Counted from the stretch's first letter, positions 1 through 13,720 are shown. The stretch: 64,000 nucleotides of DNA from the human T2T-CHM13v2.0 reference genome, Homo sapiens (GCF_009914755.1 NC_060937.1), one strand, 5' to 3'. Numbers and translations: made by a program. The notes: generated by a model not told the origin, from the sequence alone.

Positions 1-942
1 ATTTTTTCAGGACTCTAGAAATTAAATCCGTTTCAGTTCAAGTCTCTAATATGTGCCTCCCTTTTAAGAGTCTGAATAGTTAACAATCCATGAGATTACC
101 ACAGTTCTAGCCTCACACTTACAAAGGTGCAAAAATAAGTGGGCTACAGATCCAAAATCAGCAGTGCCAGGCAAAACAATGTTTCTAGTACTCCTCTTTT
201 TAGGATTGCCAAACACCGGAGCAGAAGCTCAAGGAATCAGAATGAAGAAGAAAATCTTGTTTTTATCTTCAGCTTTTCAAGGTGTCAATCGATGTATGTT
301 AATTTTCTGGAATAATAACCTAAAACTTAAAATCGGTTTGAGAAGAATTTCCCAGAAAGATGTTAACATTGGCCTATGTATTTAGTGGCTGTTTGGTAAA
401 GGCCACACTGCATCCTGGCTCCTCTAGCAGAAGGGGCATCTGAGACACTCTTTCAGCAAAACGTAGATGTGTCTCCCTAGTCTCTGTGTTTATTTCAGGT
501 TGACAGTCTCCTTAGTAGACTCCTGAACTGTGGCTTCTGCTGATGCTTCTGAAGCTTCTGTCCCTGAGACCTATTGAGGAGAAACACTCTTTCCATGTGC
601 TTCACGGTGCTATCTTTCGTTTGCTTTGGGATATGGCAGGCCAAGTGTATAGCATTTCTTCTGGCTGTATTGTTTTCTGCAATCATAGGATCAACTTCTA
701 GTGTTTTCTTGCTCTCTGCTCTTCTTTTGCTCTGTTCAGGAAGACTCAGCTGAATTTGGGGACCGGCCTGCTAAGCACCTTTCCTATTCTTTTTTCAAAA
801 TTCCCAGCCATTGTGCCAAAATGTTGAGATTTTTTAGGGGCTCTGGCTAAGTTTGCAACCAATGGAGAAATAAGACAACAGAGAGCAGAGACAGCACCCA
901 AATCATCTTTATTACTGACAAAGACTAAGCTGGAGACATAAC

Positions 943-1350
943 TGTATGCATTCACTAAGGCCGCCATAACAAAGTACCACCATCTAGGTGGCATAAAACA
1001 ACAGAAATTTGTCTCATATTTCTGAAGACCAGAAGTCCAAAATCAAGCTGTTATCAGAGCCATGCTTCCTCTGAGACATGTATGGGAGATCATTCCTTGC
1101 CCCTTCGAGCTTCTGGTGTTTGCTGGCAATCTTTGGCATTCCTTGGGTTGTAGATGCATCACTCCAATCTCTGCCCCTGGTGTCACATGGCTGTTTTCTC
1201 TCCGTGTGTCTCTTCTTCTTCTTATGAAGACACCAAGAACAATGGCTTAGAGACCATCCACTCAAAGACCCTTTCAAATAAGGTCACATTCATAGGTACT
1301 GGGGTTAGGACATCAAAATGAATTTTTGGGATACACAATTCAACCCTTAA
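943..1350 (-). mobile_element. MLT1-type (MaLR) solo LTR, MLT1B/C-like
   Basis: Contains 'gccataacaaagtaccac...aacaacagaaattt...agaagtccaaaatcaag...aaataaggtcacattcataggtactggggttaggac...caattcaaccc', the recognisable reverse-complement MLT1 LTR text. Confidence 0.85.
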
Positions 1351-1849
1351 TAATAACTCAGGGTGAGAGACTAATGGACTTGCTACTGAACCTCAAAATT
1401 AGGCAAATTTACCTGCCCACTCATAGCGTTCTACTTTGGGGAAGTCTCCCTATGACAAATAAAACTTATGGCACAGACAGCAGAGAGGAGCTCTTACTCC
1501 CTGGGGTAAGTCAACTCCCAGCCAGGAAAAACATGGAGCATAGCTGAGCATGCCTGTTCTTTCAAAATAGACTAGTTTAAGCCACTTTTGTACTCCTTGG
1601 AGATGTGAGTAAAAAGTGGAAGAAGACGAGAAGAGTCATACATCTACATGGGAGGAAACATCGGGGGTAAAGAGGAAGCCTTCCCTCAACCCAAATGTCA
1701 AAAGAAATTTTGAAAGAAAAGCCACAAAATGTAAAATAGTAATTCTACAACAATAACTTGACTTTAAAACTCCTAATTATATTAACAAGATTAGGAAATC
1801 ACGAATGAATTTCTGATCTTGTATAGGTAAGACTCAAAACTTAACATTT

Positions 1850-3065
1850 TATTCTTGACTTTGATAATAAGAGTGTAAAATATATGTATTATACCTATAT
1901 ATGGTATAATATATGTTATTTTTTAAACTGAAATATTATCACTATAAGAATTAAAACATTGGGTGTATGCCTTTTAACAGGATCCTAGAGAAGGTAAAAA
2001 TAAACAAAACACAGTTCTTATTTTATATGAATAAAAACAAAGATGTAACAAGGAATAAAGAATAAAAACAAAAAGTCCAAGATGTAACAAGGATGCATAA
2101 AAAGCATACATTACAAACAAGATGATTAAACACATTTGTCATATTATTAAATTTAAAAGCTTTTAAAACATCATTAGGTATCCAAGATTCTCAGTTAATT
2201 AAAGATCAAAATAATGATGGCCAAAGGTTTATCAACCAATATAACAAAAAAGAAAACGGGGTAACAATATTTTGTAAGACAAAATCATTAATGGAAAGAG
2301 TAAATATATAGATTAATAAAAGGTAGAATCAACAAAAATGTATTCATTTCAATTTTCACTGGATAACAGTGGGGAAAAACATACATAGAGAAACTTTACA
2401 AATAAGAGAGAAACTAACAAAAATAATAACTTAATCTTTCCATTTCCCCAGAACTTTCTTATTAACTCTTACTCTAAAATAAAAGCATGCAGAATCTGAA
2501 CAATACAATTAATGAAGTTGAACTTATCATTATATATGAAATAAAATAAACTACACATCCTTTTCATGTGTTCGTGAAATACTTCCAAAAGTTGATCATA
2601 TGTTCATTTACATGCATGCACACACAGTCCTAAAAAACGAACCACACTTTCTGAATGCAAGGAATCTGTTGCATTGCTGAAAGTATGCTTTAAATATTGA
2701 AATATAATATATTGGAATTCTAAAATTAAAAGGATTGAGAACATTTGAAGTCTAGTTACTATTAACTAGAAATGAATAATAAAATGGAAAAAAACCCCTA
2801 AACTTTTCCCAAATATTTAAAAAGAAATACTTTTCGCAACACTACTTGCTCAAATTATTACAGTCTGGGTTAAAAATTATGAATATGAACCTGTTTGGAA
2901 AAAAACTGAATGGCATCAAACTCATATCAGAAGCAAATCCATAGTTCTACAAGAATAGAAGGAAACCAAATATGGAACTCAAGGTGGGAGAAAAAGAACA
3001 ATGAACTAAAACTAAACAAACAAAATCAAAATACTCCGGAGAAGATTATTATTCTAAGGCTGAAA
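1850..3065 (+). mobile_element. Ancient, highly diverged L1 (L1M/L1ME) ORF2 remnant
   Basis: A-rich strand with degenerate L1 endonuclease-region phrases ('aaaagttgatcatatg', 'attaactagaaatgaataataaa'). Boundaries approximate. Confidence 0.55.
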
Positions 3066-3467
3066 ATAATGGAGCCGTGACAGTAATTCCAGGCAATCAC
3101 GTCTAGTTACTAAAAGCGATTATGGATCTAAAATGGGGACAGTGGGACTGGCAAGTGATTTTATTTACTGTTCCTCTTTATTACCATTTTATAAGCTTCT
3201 GATGTGTGAACTCTGAGGGTATATTCATTTAGTCAGAAAATGGCTTCTGGAGCAATTGAAAGAATGACTCATTTGGGTAAGGGCAAATATGGAAACATGT
3301 AAATTAGTAAATGTAAGGCCAGAGCAAATTCTGCATAGGAGAATAGTGTAGGTCTCACTGATGTTGAAAAGAAAAAGCACTTGCAAATGAAAAGCCTTGC
3401 ATGTTAAAAAAATAAAAAATAAAAAGGTAGTACATTTCCAAGGTAGATGGAGTGGTTTCTGGGATAG

Positions 3468-3868
<401 letters not shown>

Positions 3869-4134
3869 TGAAGGTATACTTTAAATATTGAAATATAATA
3901 CATTGGAATTCTAAAATTAAAAAGACTGGGAACAGTTTGAAGGCAAGAGGAATTATCATTGTTTTATGTTTAGATTCCTAGTGATTAGCACTCTAAATGT
4001 GTGCTACAAGTAATTATTGAGTGAAGGCCTCTTCAGCATGTGTTTACTTATTTCTCAAGCAAAGGAATCAATGAAAATATAGAGAAAAGCCAGTTACATT
4101 ACAGAACTTCCTTGATGGGGAAGGGGCCCTAGTG

Positions 4135-4256
4135 ATCTTTCTGAGGTAATGAAAATAGTCTATTTCTTAGTTACTGGGTATGTTCCTAGCTAAAAATTAC
4201 TCTAGCTGCATACTAAAAATTTGTACATTTTACTGTTGTAAATTATACATCAAAAA
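4135..4256 (+). mobile_element. L1M 3' end fragment
   Basis: 'tctgaggtaatgaaaatagtctatttctt...tttactgttgtaaattatacatcaa' resembles the L1MC/ME 3' terminus. Confidence 0.5.
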
Positions 4257-5774
4257 CCAAGACCAAAACCACACAAGAAAAGCTGAGTGTTCCAGAAGCA
4301 GCTTATTCTTTGGAATATTTGATCAACTTTTGCTTTTTGTTTCTTTTCTCCTATTAAGCAAAGCAATTTAAATTTGATTCAGTTTGGGTGTAGAATATAG
4401 TACCTGCAGTGAAATTTCTTAGTATAGTTGTCTATTTCCAAATTGTATATAATTGTTACCACTGGCAATTTTGATAGAAAGTGAAGGGTAAATATTCAAA
4501 GCTTTACTTACTTTGTCAACTTTCAAATTATTCCCTGCACAAGAACCAAACTATACGATGAAAAAAAGATTAAAAATTAATCTAATCAAATTTCTAATTT
4601 TAGTTATACTTCTTTAATTCCCACAATACCAGCTGTATTCTTGGGTCATATTTGTGAGCAGGGTCTAAAGAGCACAATTAAGGCTGTTCAATGACTTGAA
4701 CAGGGTGATAATTTTCTTCTTTGGAGATAGCTACTTTAGTCTCTCTCTCAAGTGTTAGTACACCTCAACTTAAATTCATTTTCTGAAAAAGATGAAAACA
4801 GAGCCACTGTTTATTTGCAGACAGCTCAGATTTTTCACCCATTTCTAGTATTTTAGGTCCAATTATCATTTCGTGGCATTAATGTTATCTCAGAAGCATT
4901 TTTCCCATGGTTAAGTTGGGTTTCAAAGATCATACATTTATCATGTCTTGGAAATTGACAAATGTGTTTAGTTATGGATGAATTTAACTGTTTATGCCCT
5001 TGACTTAGCCCTTTCATATGGTGTTTTCATTGGAACACAGGACCCAAATGAGTTGTGCACCAGCACAGGGTATCTGTTGAGGTCATTTTTTAACCACAGA
5101 CCTGATGCTGCTGAGAGGAAATTTTCTAATTTTTGAGTGGCTATGTTGGGGAAAGCAGGAGGACAGGCATGGTGCAAAATAATTTCTTAAAAATCAAATA
5201 ACAAAGACAATCTTTGACTATTTAATAAAATCTTTTCATTTTAGACATCATTTATTCAGTAAGTATAAAACGAATACTTTTATTACCTCAAACTGTGAAC
5301 AAAAAATTTTGCCAGGACAGTTAAACACATGTGAATATAATTGTGGCATTAACATGCTACTTTGTGAAGGTAAAAGCATTTTTTTTCCCAAGAAATTTAA
5401 TGTGCTTCATGCCCTAGGTGTTTGCTCCTTAACATTTCACTAACTCATTTATTCTACCTTGCTCAAACTCAAAACTCATCTGTACTTCTTGCCATCTGAG
5501 TCTGTTTGAACAACCTTATGGGACAGTTTTCTAATTCTCCAAAGAGCTGAACATTAACCAATTAATTCATCATTTTCTTTAAAGATCAAATAATGGGCCC
5601 AGACTGTCTTTCAAAGAAGGAAGTATTGAAACTGTTTCCATCAAGGATATTAAGAGAAGATCTATCTACCTTGGGAAAGCTGTTAGAATCAATGTTTAAG
5701 ACCTGAGTACTATTTAGGGCTAAAATAACCAGCCAATGATGGCAGGGTTCATGCCTGAGGATCTTCTGGGTGTT

Positions 5775-5915
5775 TTGACTTCCATTATCTCTAATCCCTG
5801 AAATGGTGTGGTAAGGTTGGTATTAGTATCCCTGTTCTGCAAATGAGGTCACAGAGACTCAGAGAGGTTCATTGAACTGGTGAATTGTTTATCAATGATA
5901 AAAAACTAGGTCAGT
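5775..5915 (-). mobile_element. MIR fragment
   Basis: Reverse MIR core 'tattagtatccctgttctgcaaatgaggtcacagagactcagagaggtt'. Confidence 0.65.
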
Positions 5916-6561
5916 CTCATTGGAGGGGTTATACTGTTTTCATTACACTTATACTGGATGCTGGAAGGATTCTGAGAAACGACAATGGTGTGAAAGGACT
6001 TAGTTTTCCATTTTTTTTATGCTCTTTTATGATGTGGTTAAAGCAAAAAGCAAGAATGGCTTGCGTCTAAAGATTTCCTCTCTTTAGCAGAGCAGAGCCT
6101 GCTCCCCTGTGTCTTCCCATAGCCTCTGATTCCATGAGGCTCCTGTATGTTGGATGGGAGATATCCTAGTTTCTAGCATCATCAGCTTTTTGAGCTGCAA
6201 CAAGGGTCAGGAATTACCCAACATATCACCCAGTGTCTGCATGTGAGCAGGTTTCTAAGGATACAAAGGGCCCATGGTACCTTTCCAGAGGAATCCACGC
6301 AACACATCACTCTGCACCTTCTCTCATAAGCTCAGCCCACACCCTCTTTGTCGACTGTCTCAGTGGCCCTGCATGTGTCTTAGTTGGGATGGCTTAGTTT
6401 TCTCCCTCACAGATGGGAGTAATTGGGCTCAGTTGATATTAAATCATCATAACCCACATTTTAGGTGGACACGGAAGAGATGTTAGTGGGGCTTTCGGGC
6501 ACCACAATTCCAAGGTTCTAATTATCTCTCTCCTGATGGCAGATCAGATAACATAATTTAA

Positions 6562-6606
6562 TCAAACAAACCAAAACAAACAACAACAACAACAACAACA
6601 ACAAAA
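6562..6606. repeat. (CAA)n microsatellite
   Basis: Directly visible caacaacaac... run. Confidence 0.9.
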
Positions 6607-6689
6607 ATTCCCATAGACAATGGAAACAACTTATGATATCTTTGCAAAGAAAAAAGGATTCATCTTCAAACAGTATGGAAAGAACCCAC

Positions 6690-6900
6690 GACCTCTTGAG
6701 TCAGTCAAGCCAGTCTATATTTGAATCCATCCTCTCCATTTGCTGTTTTATAATATCAGTGAATCGTTTAACAGTTCTGAGTCTTTGTTCTCTGTTAAGT
6801 GGGATAATAATTTTGACCTTAGAAGGTTGTTGTGAGAAAAAATGAGATCTATCCTTCAAGCAGCTAACACGATACCTGGCAGTAAGCCCTTGGTAATAGT
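6690..6900 (+). mobile_element. MIR
   Basis: 'tttgaatcc...ctgttaagtgggataataat...ggttgttgtgag...atacctggcagtaagc' follows the MIR consensus order. Confidence 0.75.
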
Positions 6901-7407
6901 GGTTCTTCCTTTCCTCCCTCTCTTGTTGAGCCCATTGATTTTTCTAGGAAAATATTATTTTAGAAGGTGAAAGAGTCTTTTCTTCCCATTCGTTTAGGGA
7001 CATCAAATAGCCCTTGACTTTTAAGACTCTTGAAATTGTTTATTTTATATGAGTTTTTAAAAATAGCTTACTTAGCAATTCAGGAAACACAATTACAAAA
7101 AGTGAATCTAGGCTCTACCATGACTGCAGTGGAAAAAAAGAATAGAAGGAAAAAACAAAACAGAAAGAGCCAAGGAGAATGCTGTGTACATAAGTTATAA
7201 ACAGGAACACTTCCGACGCACAAACTCCAGGCACCTCATTACTTTGTGAACTGTATATTCTTCCCAAGTATGGGGGAGTTTAAGTTAATGATGTGATCCA
7301 TTCACCCCGTTATATTTTATTTATGTTTTCTTCTACAGTGAAATGAATAGTCAAAAACAATGACCTGCTTATTCTGTGAAGAAGAGGAAAAGGAAGAGGT
7401 GTGTTTC

Positions 7408-7432
7408 TGTGTGTGTGTGTGTGTGTGTGTGT
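7408..7432. repeat. (TG)n microsatellite
   Basis: Directly visible. Confidence 0.95.
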
Positions 7433-8477
7433 AAATTTTCCCCACGCTTTAGGAATTAAGGTGATTTTTAACCAGTTCCACCACAGGTTTATTTTTAAAA
7501 CCTCTTAATGATGTTTAGAAAACAAAGCCTAACACGAAGGACAGCAAATGGCAAAAACACTGTGAACTTCTCTGTAGAGGACCAACCCTGTTCCCCTCCT
7601 GCTCCGGTCAGATTACCTCTGGGGAATGTGCTGTTCCTTGGAACGAATCCCCCTCAGTGCAAAAGAAGAGAGGTTGAAAAGTTTAGGACGTGGAAAATAT
7701 GTGGAATTTGCTCTTGAATAATGATTTGTAGTTTTCTTTTGCGATAAATATGACCAATGACCCAGATAGGAGGATGGCAATTATTTAATGAATCAAGCTT
7801 CAGAAACGTAAAAACACTTCATAATAAAAATGAGAGCAATAATAGCAGGAAGCCAGGTTAAGTAAACAAGTAGAATGCTTCATGTATCTGTAAATGTACA
7901 TTTGTGAATTCCAAAGCTATGACTGTAAAAGGGATTATTCTAATGATACGGTGTTCTCAGTTTCCATTGCTCATTGAATTGATTCTTCTGAATTTGCAGA
8001 TAATGTTCCATGCTGACTTTCTGCACCCATCGAGGAGTCAGTTAGCTGGGACAATGTATCACCTGTGTAGGACTGTGACTTAGCAGGTCCCTGGCTCTGA
8101 CAATCATTTACCTTTATGCAAGGCGCTTTTGCCCTACAGTCTCATGTGTCTCAAAGTAAATCATTTCCAAATCTGTTACAGCCAGCATATAACCCTCTTT
8201 TTGTGTTCAGTTATAATTTAAAATCTGCCCTCTTGTGTGAAGTTTTCATTGACTAGAGACCGTTCCTCTAATTTGTGAAGTGGGATATGTTTTTAAATTT
8301 CAGAGAACAGGAAGATGAATTGTTTTTAATGGATTTTTTTTAATAGGCAAAGCTGTGTATGCACAAATGCTGGCCAGTGTAGGGCTATGATCTTCACGGA
8401 GCCACCAGTGCAAACATTTTTATCTTTTAAAAGAAGAGTAGATAGCTATTAACCCTGCGATATATGGTGACACCAGG

Positions 8478-8575
8478 TTGGTAACTTTGGGAAAGTTGCA
8501 CCCTTTCTTTCTCATAAAACAAAGGATTGAATTAGATGATATTTAAGAGCCCTTCCAGCCCTAAGACATTGTGAG
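8478..8575 (+). mobile_element. MIR3 fragment
   Basis: 'ggattgaattagatgatatttaagagcccttccagccctaagacattgtga' matches the MIR3 3' end. Confidence 0.65.
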
Positions 8576-8787
8576 AGCAAAAAGTTTTCAAGGTCAAGAG
8601 AACATTTTAGAAAGCAGAGAGCTATTTAGATGTTAAAAGAAACAAAAAAGAAAAGAACCACCCCCTGACCCCGCCCCAGCTTCAACATTTTTACCTTCCT
8701 CTCTGGTCTCTGAGTAAATCGCAGTAGGTAGGAAATTAACCTGAGTAATTTGATGGCTGGATCTATAGTTATCCCTTTCCTCCATGT

Positions 8788-8945
8788 CAATGTTCCCCAA
8801 ATATTAGCGTGCAGAAGGACCACCTGAGAAGCTTGTTAAAAAGGTAATTGCAAGGGTCACAATTCTAGAGTCTGATTAGGTAGCTTGAGAATGGGGCCCA
8901 GGAATCTGCCTTTTAAAGACATCCCAGGAGATTCTGATGAAGGAA
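8788..8945. mobile_element. MER5-family hAT-Charlie MITE
   Basis: 'cacctgagaagcttgttaaaa...tggggcccaggaatctgccttttaa...cccaggagattctgatg'. Confidence 0.7.
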
Positions 8946-8974
8946 TGATGCATCGTAAATCAATAAAAGTTATA

Positions 8975-9310
<336 letters not shown>

Positions 9311-9599
9311 TTATCCAGCTAGTGGGGAGGGAGGGGAGTCTTTTAATAGCCTATCCCTGCTTAGGGAGGCTCCCCAACTGACAGTGCAGGTGGGAAATAT
9401 ATAATATTCCTCATGTGGGTTGTGGTTGATTCACTGCCAAATGCTACTGGTCAGTTTAAACTGAAAGCACCAAACAAACCAACCTATTGAAAAAAAAATA
9501 CTATTTGAGAGGAAAACAGCTCTAGTATCCAACCAATTAGAAAGTAGGAGAATTCATTGGAGGAGCCTCAGGATGGGAAGGAATTCTTATTTAATTTCT

Positions 9600-9920
9600 C
9601 AAATATGTCAGGTGCTTATATAACACATTGTCTTCTTTAATCCTTACAACAATCCATGAACAAAGAATTAGTCTTATTTTGCAAACAAAGAACCTGAGCC
9701 TGGTGGACCCAGCAGTTCTCAGCCTGAATGCACAATAGAATCACCTGGGAAAGGCTGGTGGAACTTTGAAAAGTTATCTATGCCTGCCCCTGACCCCGGA
9801 TATTGCAATATTACTGGTTGGGCATCGGCACCTTTAAAAGTGTCCCAGAAATGCTAATATGCAGCCAGGGGTGAGTGCCACTGGTATTAGCCAAAGCTCA
9901 CAGGATTAAAATGATTCCCA
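9600..9920. mobile_element. MIR (minus) interrupted by a MER5-family MITE (~9711-9884)
   Basis: MIR 'tttaatccttacaacaatccatga...attttgcaaac', then MER5 'cagcagttctcagcctg...agaatcacctggg...ctaatatgcagccagggg...ccactg'. Confidence 0.65.
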
Positions 9921-10371
9921 GATCACAACGTACATCTTTTGACTTATTCTAGGAGAAACTCATGGTCTAGCCGAACCTCTGAGGAGAGATTGTCCCGTTT
10001 TATGAAGATCTGACTTTATTAAAAATGTGCTCAGGTCATAGAAATAAAATCTTAGAGGAAAATTTTGCATACTATAACATATTATTTGGTCATTCCTATA
10101 ATCTGAGAGGTCTGTGATCCCTTATAGTGAGGAAATTGAGGTCTCGTGAGTTTGTATCTTTCTCACACTCTCAGGGACAAAAGGTGGAATTAAACACAGG
10201 ATATCAGAGCCTTTGGAGGGTAGCAAACCCTTTGGACGATACCACTATTCTTACCTTAGAAGTTATCTCAGCTGATCTTAACGTTTAAGTCACTGCTTTT
10301 ATTACCCCAGGTAGTAAAGGACTATCTAGTTTCAAAGAACTTCTGAAAAAATGAAATCTTTAATATACCTT

Positions 10372-10495
10372 TTGAGCCCATGGCAAAGTCATTTAACCTC
10401 CTGAAAGTCTTAGTTTCATGATTGTTAAACAGAAGCAATAATATCAAACATATTTATGGACGACATGGTGATAAATAAACATATTTCAAATGCTT
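10372..10495 (+). mobile_element. MIR fragment
   Basis: 'ggcaaagtcatttaacctcctgaaagtcttagtttcatg...tgttaaacag...aataatat'. Confidence 0.55.
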
Positions 10496-10611
10496 TTGGA
10501 AAAAAATTCTGCTTTACAAAAGAAAAAAAGGCCTTTCACTTAGAACACATTAATATTATAGAAATACTTTAATATGATATTAAAATATATAATTAACTTA
10601 CCAGTTTCTCA

Positions 10612-10669
10612 GTACTTTATTTAAAAATTCATACTTTTATTTTAAAATTTATACTTTATTTTAAAATTA
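10612..10669. repeat. ~19-20 bp AT-rich tandem repeat, 3 copies
   Basis: tactttatttaaaaattca / tacttttattttaaaattta / tactttattttaaaatta. Confidence 0.8.
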
Positions 10670-10971
10670 GCACCAGCTTTCATTTTTGTAACATGATACA
10701 ATTTTTTTTGGTAAGTATCTAGTGTCATTTTAATGCATTTAATCCTATTGTAATTGCATCTATTTAGGGAAAGGGTGAGTAAAGTTTTCAGGTAGGCAAC
10801 AGGTGAGATGAGCCGTTCCAAGTAGAAGGAACGACATACTAAGAAGTGGAATTAGTACAGTGTGACGAGAATGTCAAGTGTGTTTGGGTGAGATGTAGGA
10901 TGTGAAGCTGGAAAGATGAGCCCGGACAGATCATTAAGGACAACGTATGCCAAAGACTTTTTCTTCTAGAT

Positions 10972-11286
10972 CTGCGATGTCCATTACAGTAGCCACCAGC
11001 AACTGGTAGCTATTGAGCACTGGAAATGTGGTTAGTCCAAATTAAAATGTGCTGGAAGGGGCAAATACTCATTGTTTTTCAAAGACTCGTGTAAAAAAGT
11101 AAAATATCTAATTAATAATTTTATATTGATTATGTGTTGAAAAATAATATTTTGACTATGTTAGACTAAATAAAATACATTATTAATAATAATTATATTT
11201 GTTCCTTAAACATTTTTTTAAATGTAGCTACTTTGAAATTTAAAGTTACACATGTGACTTGCATGGTATTTCTGTTGGCCAGGGCT
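10972..11286. mobile_element. MER33 (hAT-Charlie)
   Basis: 'ctgcgatgtcc...gtagccac...gctattgagcactggaaatgtgg...tttctgttggccagggctg'; length ~315 bp. Confidence 0.8.
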
Positions 11287-11295
11287 GTTGTGAAT

Positions 11296-11485
11296 CAGGT
11301 GTCAGCAAAGCACAATCTACAGGTCAGTATTCTGTTTTGTTAAGGCCAATGGGCAAAGAAAGGTTTTTCACATATGCTTGAAGAAGAAGGAAGAGAAGGA
11401 GAAGCAGCAGCAGCATCGGAGACTGCATATGGTGCTTTACTACTTACTATTTGGCTCTTTATAATGAAAGTTTGCTGGCCTCTGC
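11296..11485. mobile_element. MER58-family (hAT-Charlie)
   Basis: TIR-like 'caggtgtcagcaaa' ... 'actatttggctcttta...aaagtttgctggcctctg'. Confidence 0.7.
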
Positions 11486-11491
11486 TCTAAG

Positions 11492-11658
11492 GTCTCGCTA
11501 CTCTCACTGCAGTCCACAGAACAGCAGCATTGGCATCACCTAGGAACTTGCTGGAGATGCAGAACCTCAAGCTCTAACCTAGACCTACTGAATCAGAATC
11601 TGCATTTCAATGGGACCCCCAGGTGATTCGTACACATACTAAAATGTAAGAGGCACTA
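11492..11658. mobile_element. MER5A
   Basis: 'cagcagcattggcatcacctaggaacttg...agacctactgaatcagaatctgcattt...ccccaggtgattc'. Confidence 0.85.
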
Positions 11659-12104
11659 GTCTAGACGATAGAGAATCATTGAAAGACATTACAAGCAGGA
11701 GAGTGATGGGTTTAGTCTCCTATATGAAAACTCTTTCTTTACACTTAGAATAAGTCAAATTATCTAAGTAGCTTATAATATTTTTAGTGAAAGAATGGAT
11801 AAATATTAGGTTGAAAAGATATTAATCTTGAAAAACCATCTTCTGAATTGACAGTATCTGAGGTGAATTCAACTCTATATTTAAAAAATCAAGGCATGTG
11901 TTTTGATCTGGTTCAATGACTTTTAAACTTTTTTTGACTCTGAAGCACAGAAAATATATTCATATATTTTACTTTGATATCCAGTACACATGCAGGCATA
12001 TTCAACTGAAATAAAGGTTTTACAAAAGAGTATTTACCTTTACTAGAGACATGCTGCTGTATATCCCATCTTATCCTAGCCCCTTCCATTCTGTTACATT
12101 CAAT

Positions 12105-13720
12105 GCTATTTCTAGCCATGATGGAGTGTCTGGTACTGACTTAGCCTTTCCACTATAAGTAATCATGGAATTCAATGAAATATATGAGGTAATTGTTTTT
12201 AGGTAGCTAGATCTTAGAGAAGAAAGCTTGTGAGATACACCCACATGGAACGCTTATACATTGCGGGTGCAAGTGTAAATTAGTTCAGCCATTGTGAAAA
12301 GCACTGTGACGATTCCTCAAAGAACTTAAAAGAGAACTACCATTTGACCCAATATTCCCATTATTGAGAATATACCCAAACAAATATAAATTGTTTTACT
12401 GTAAAGACAATTGCATATGTCTGTGTATGTTCATTGCAGCACTATTCACAATAGCAAAGACATAGACTCAACCTAAATGCCCATCAACAGTAGACTAGAT
12501 AAAGAAAATGTGGTACATGTACACCATGGAATACTACATAGCCATAAAAAAGAACAAGATTATGTTCTTTGCAGCAACATGGATAGAGCTGGAGGCTGTG
12601 ATCCTAAGCAAACTAACACAGGAACAGAAAACCAAATACCAGGAACAGAAAACCAAATACCACATGTTCTCACTTATAACTGGGAGCTAAATAAGAACAC
12701 ATGGATATGAGGAGGGGAACAAAAGACACTGGTGCCTACTTGACGGTGGAGGCTGGGAGGAGGGAGACGATCAGAAAAAAATACGTATCAAGTACTATGC
12801 TTATTACCTGGGTAACGAAATTATCTGTACACCAAACCCCCATGACACGCAGTTTACCTATATAAATAACCCGCACATGTTCCCCTGAACCTAAAATAAA
12901 AGTTAAAAAAAAATGAAGACAGAAATTAAATCTATAGTATTGCTAGTTCATAACAGATTTAAATATAATATTCCTTTAAGTATTATAATTGTTATTTTGT
13001 ATATGGTTTGTCTGTTTAAAGTATCTAAAGTAGTCCAAAGAATCAGTCCTATTAAACCGTGATTGCAGCTTAAATTATTTAAGGGAATTTAATGAAATAA
13101 GTTTCATAAACAATGTTTAAAAGTTTAAGAAAATTTGACTTTCCAAGTTGTGTTTAGTAAAAATAATTAATAAATTCAGCATGAAATACAGTGCAAAAAA
13201 ACAAAAAGAGAGAGAGAGATACCCTAACATTTTGCTTGGGGATAATTTCTTCACCGTGGTACAGAGAACTGGAGTCTGAGCTGAGCATGGGGATTCCATT
13301 GAGCCAACGCAGTAGAGATCAGAGTTTGGGGTAGTTGAAATGGCTGGAAACTGTGAGTCACGGCATAAGAAATGAAACAACTTTCCAGCAAGAAGGCCCA
13401 CAAGTCCATATTGAGGTCATTCATCAGTTTATGGCTGAGGACTGGGCTATTCGTGCGCAGGATGAGACCACCTGAAACTTACTAGAGAGTAGCTACTATA
13501 GGATTGAGAGCAGAATAGACAAAGGCTAAGCATGCTGTGAGAAGGGTCTACAGAAAGATATGGTGGTTCCAGTCCCACTAGAGACAAGTGGTCACAACAA
13601 CACTTTTGTAACATCCCTGGAACCCACAGAAGAAAACACCTAGAGTGAAATCAACTCTAGACTTGCCCTAACAAAGCCTAAAGCCAAACCCTCAAAAGCT
13701 TCAGAAAAGACAGCATGTAG
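12105..13720 (+). mobile_element. Old L1M 5'-region remnants (12105-12245 and ~13245-13720) flanking a younger L1
   Basis: 'ttctagccatgatggagt...aatgaaatatatgagg' and 'gcagtagagatcagagtttgggg' resemble ancient L1 5' UTRs. Intervening 12915-13245 is unassigned. Confidence 0.4.
12247..12913 (+). mobile_element. 5'-truncated L1PA/PB (older primate) ORF2 end + 3' UTR
   Basis: Translates to the L1 ORF2 C-terminus (MWYMYTMEYYIAIKKNKIMFFAATWIELEAVILSK) and ends in 'cctaaaataaaagttaaaaaaaaa'. Confidence 0.93.

Larger units (their letters stand above)
10765..11725 (-). mobile_element. L2 fragment split by three DNA transposons
   Basis: L2-like 'ttccaagtagaaggaac...gaagctggaaagatgagc...cagatcattaagg' stops near 10965 and resumes at 'gagaatcattgaaagacattacaagcaggagagtgatg' near 11668. 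Confidence 0.55.

Noticed and set aside
2025-2094. Local duplication of aagatgtaacaagga
   Set aside because: Ordinary short slippage in A-rich L1 debris.
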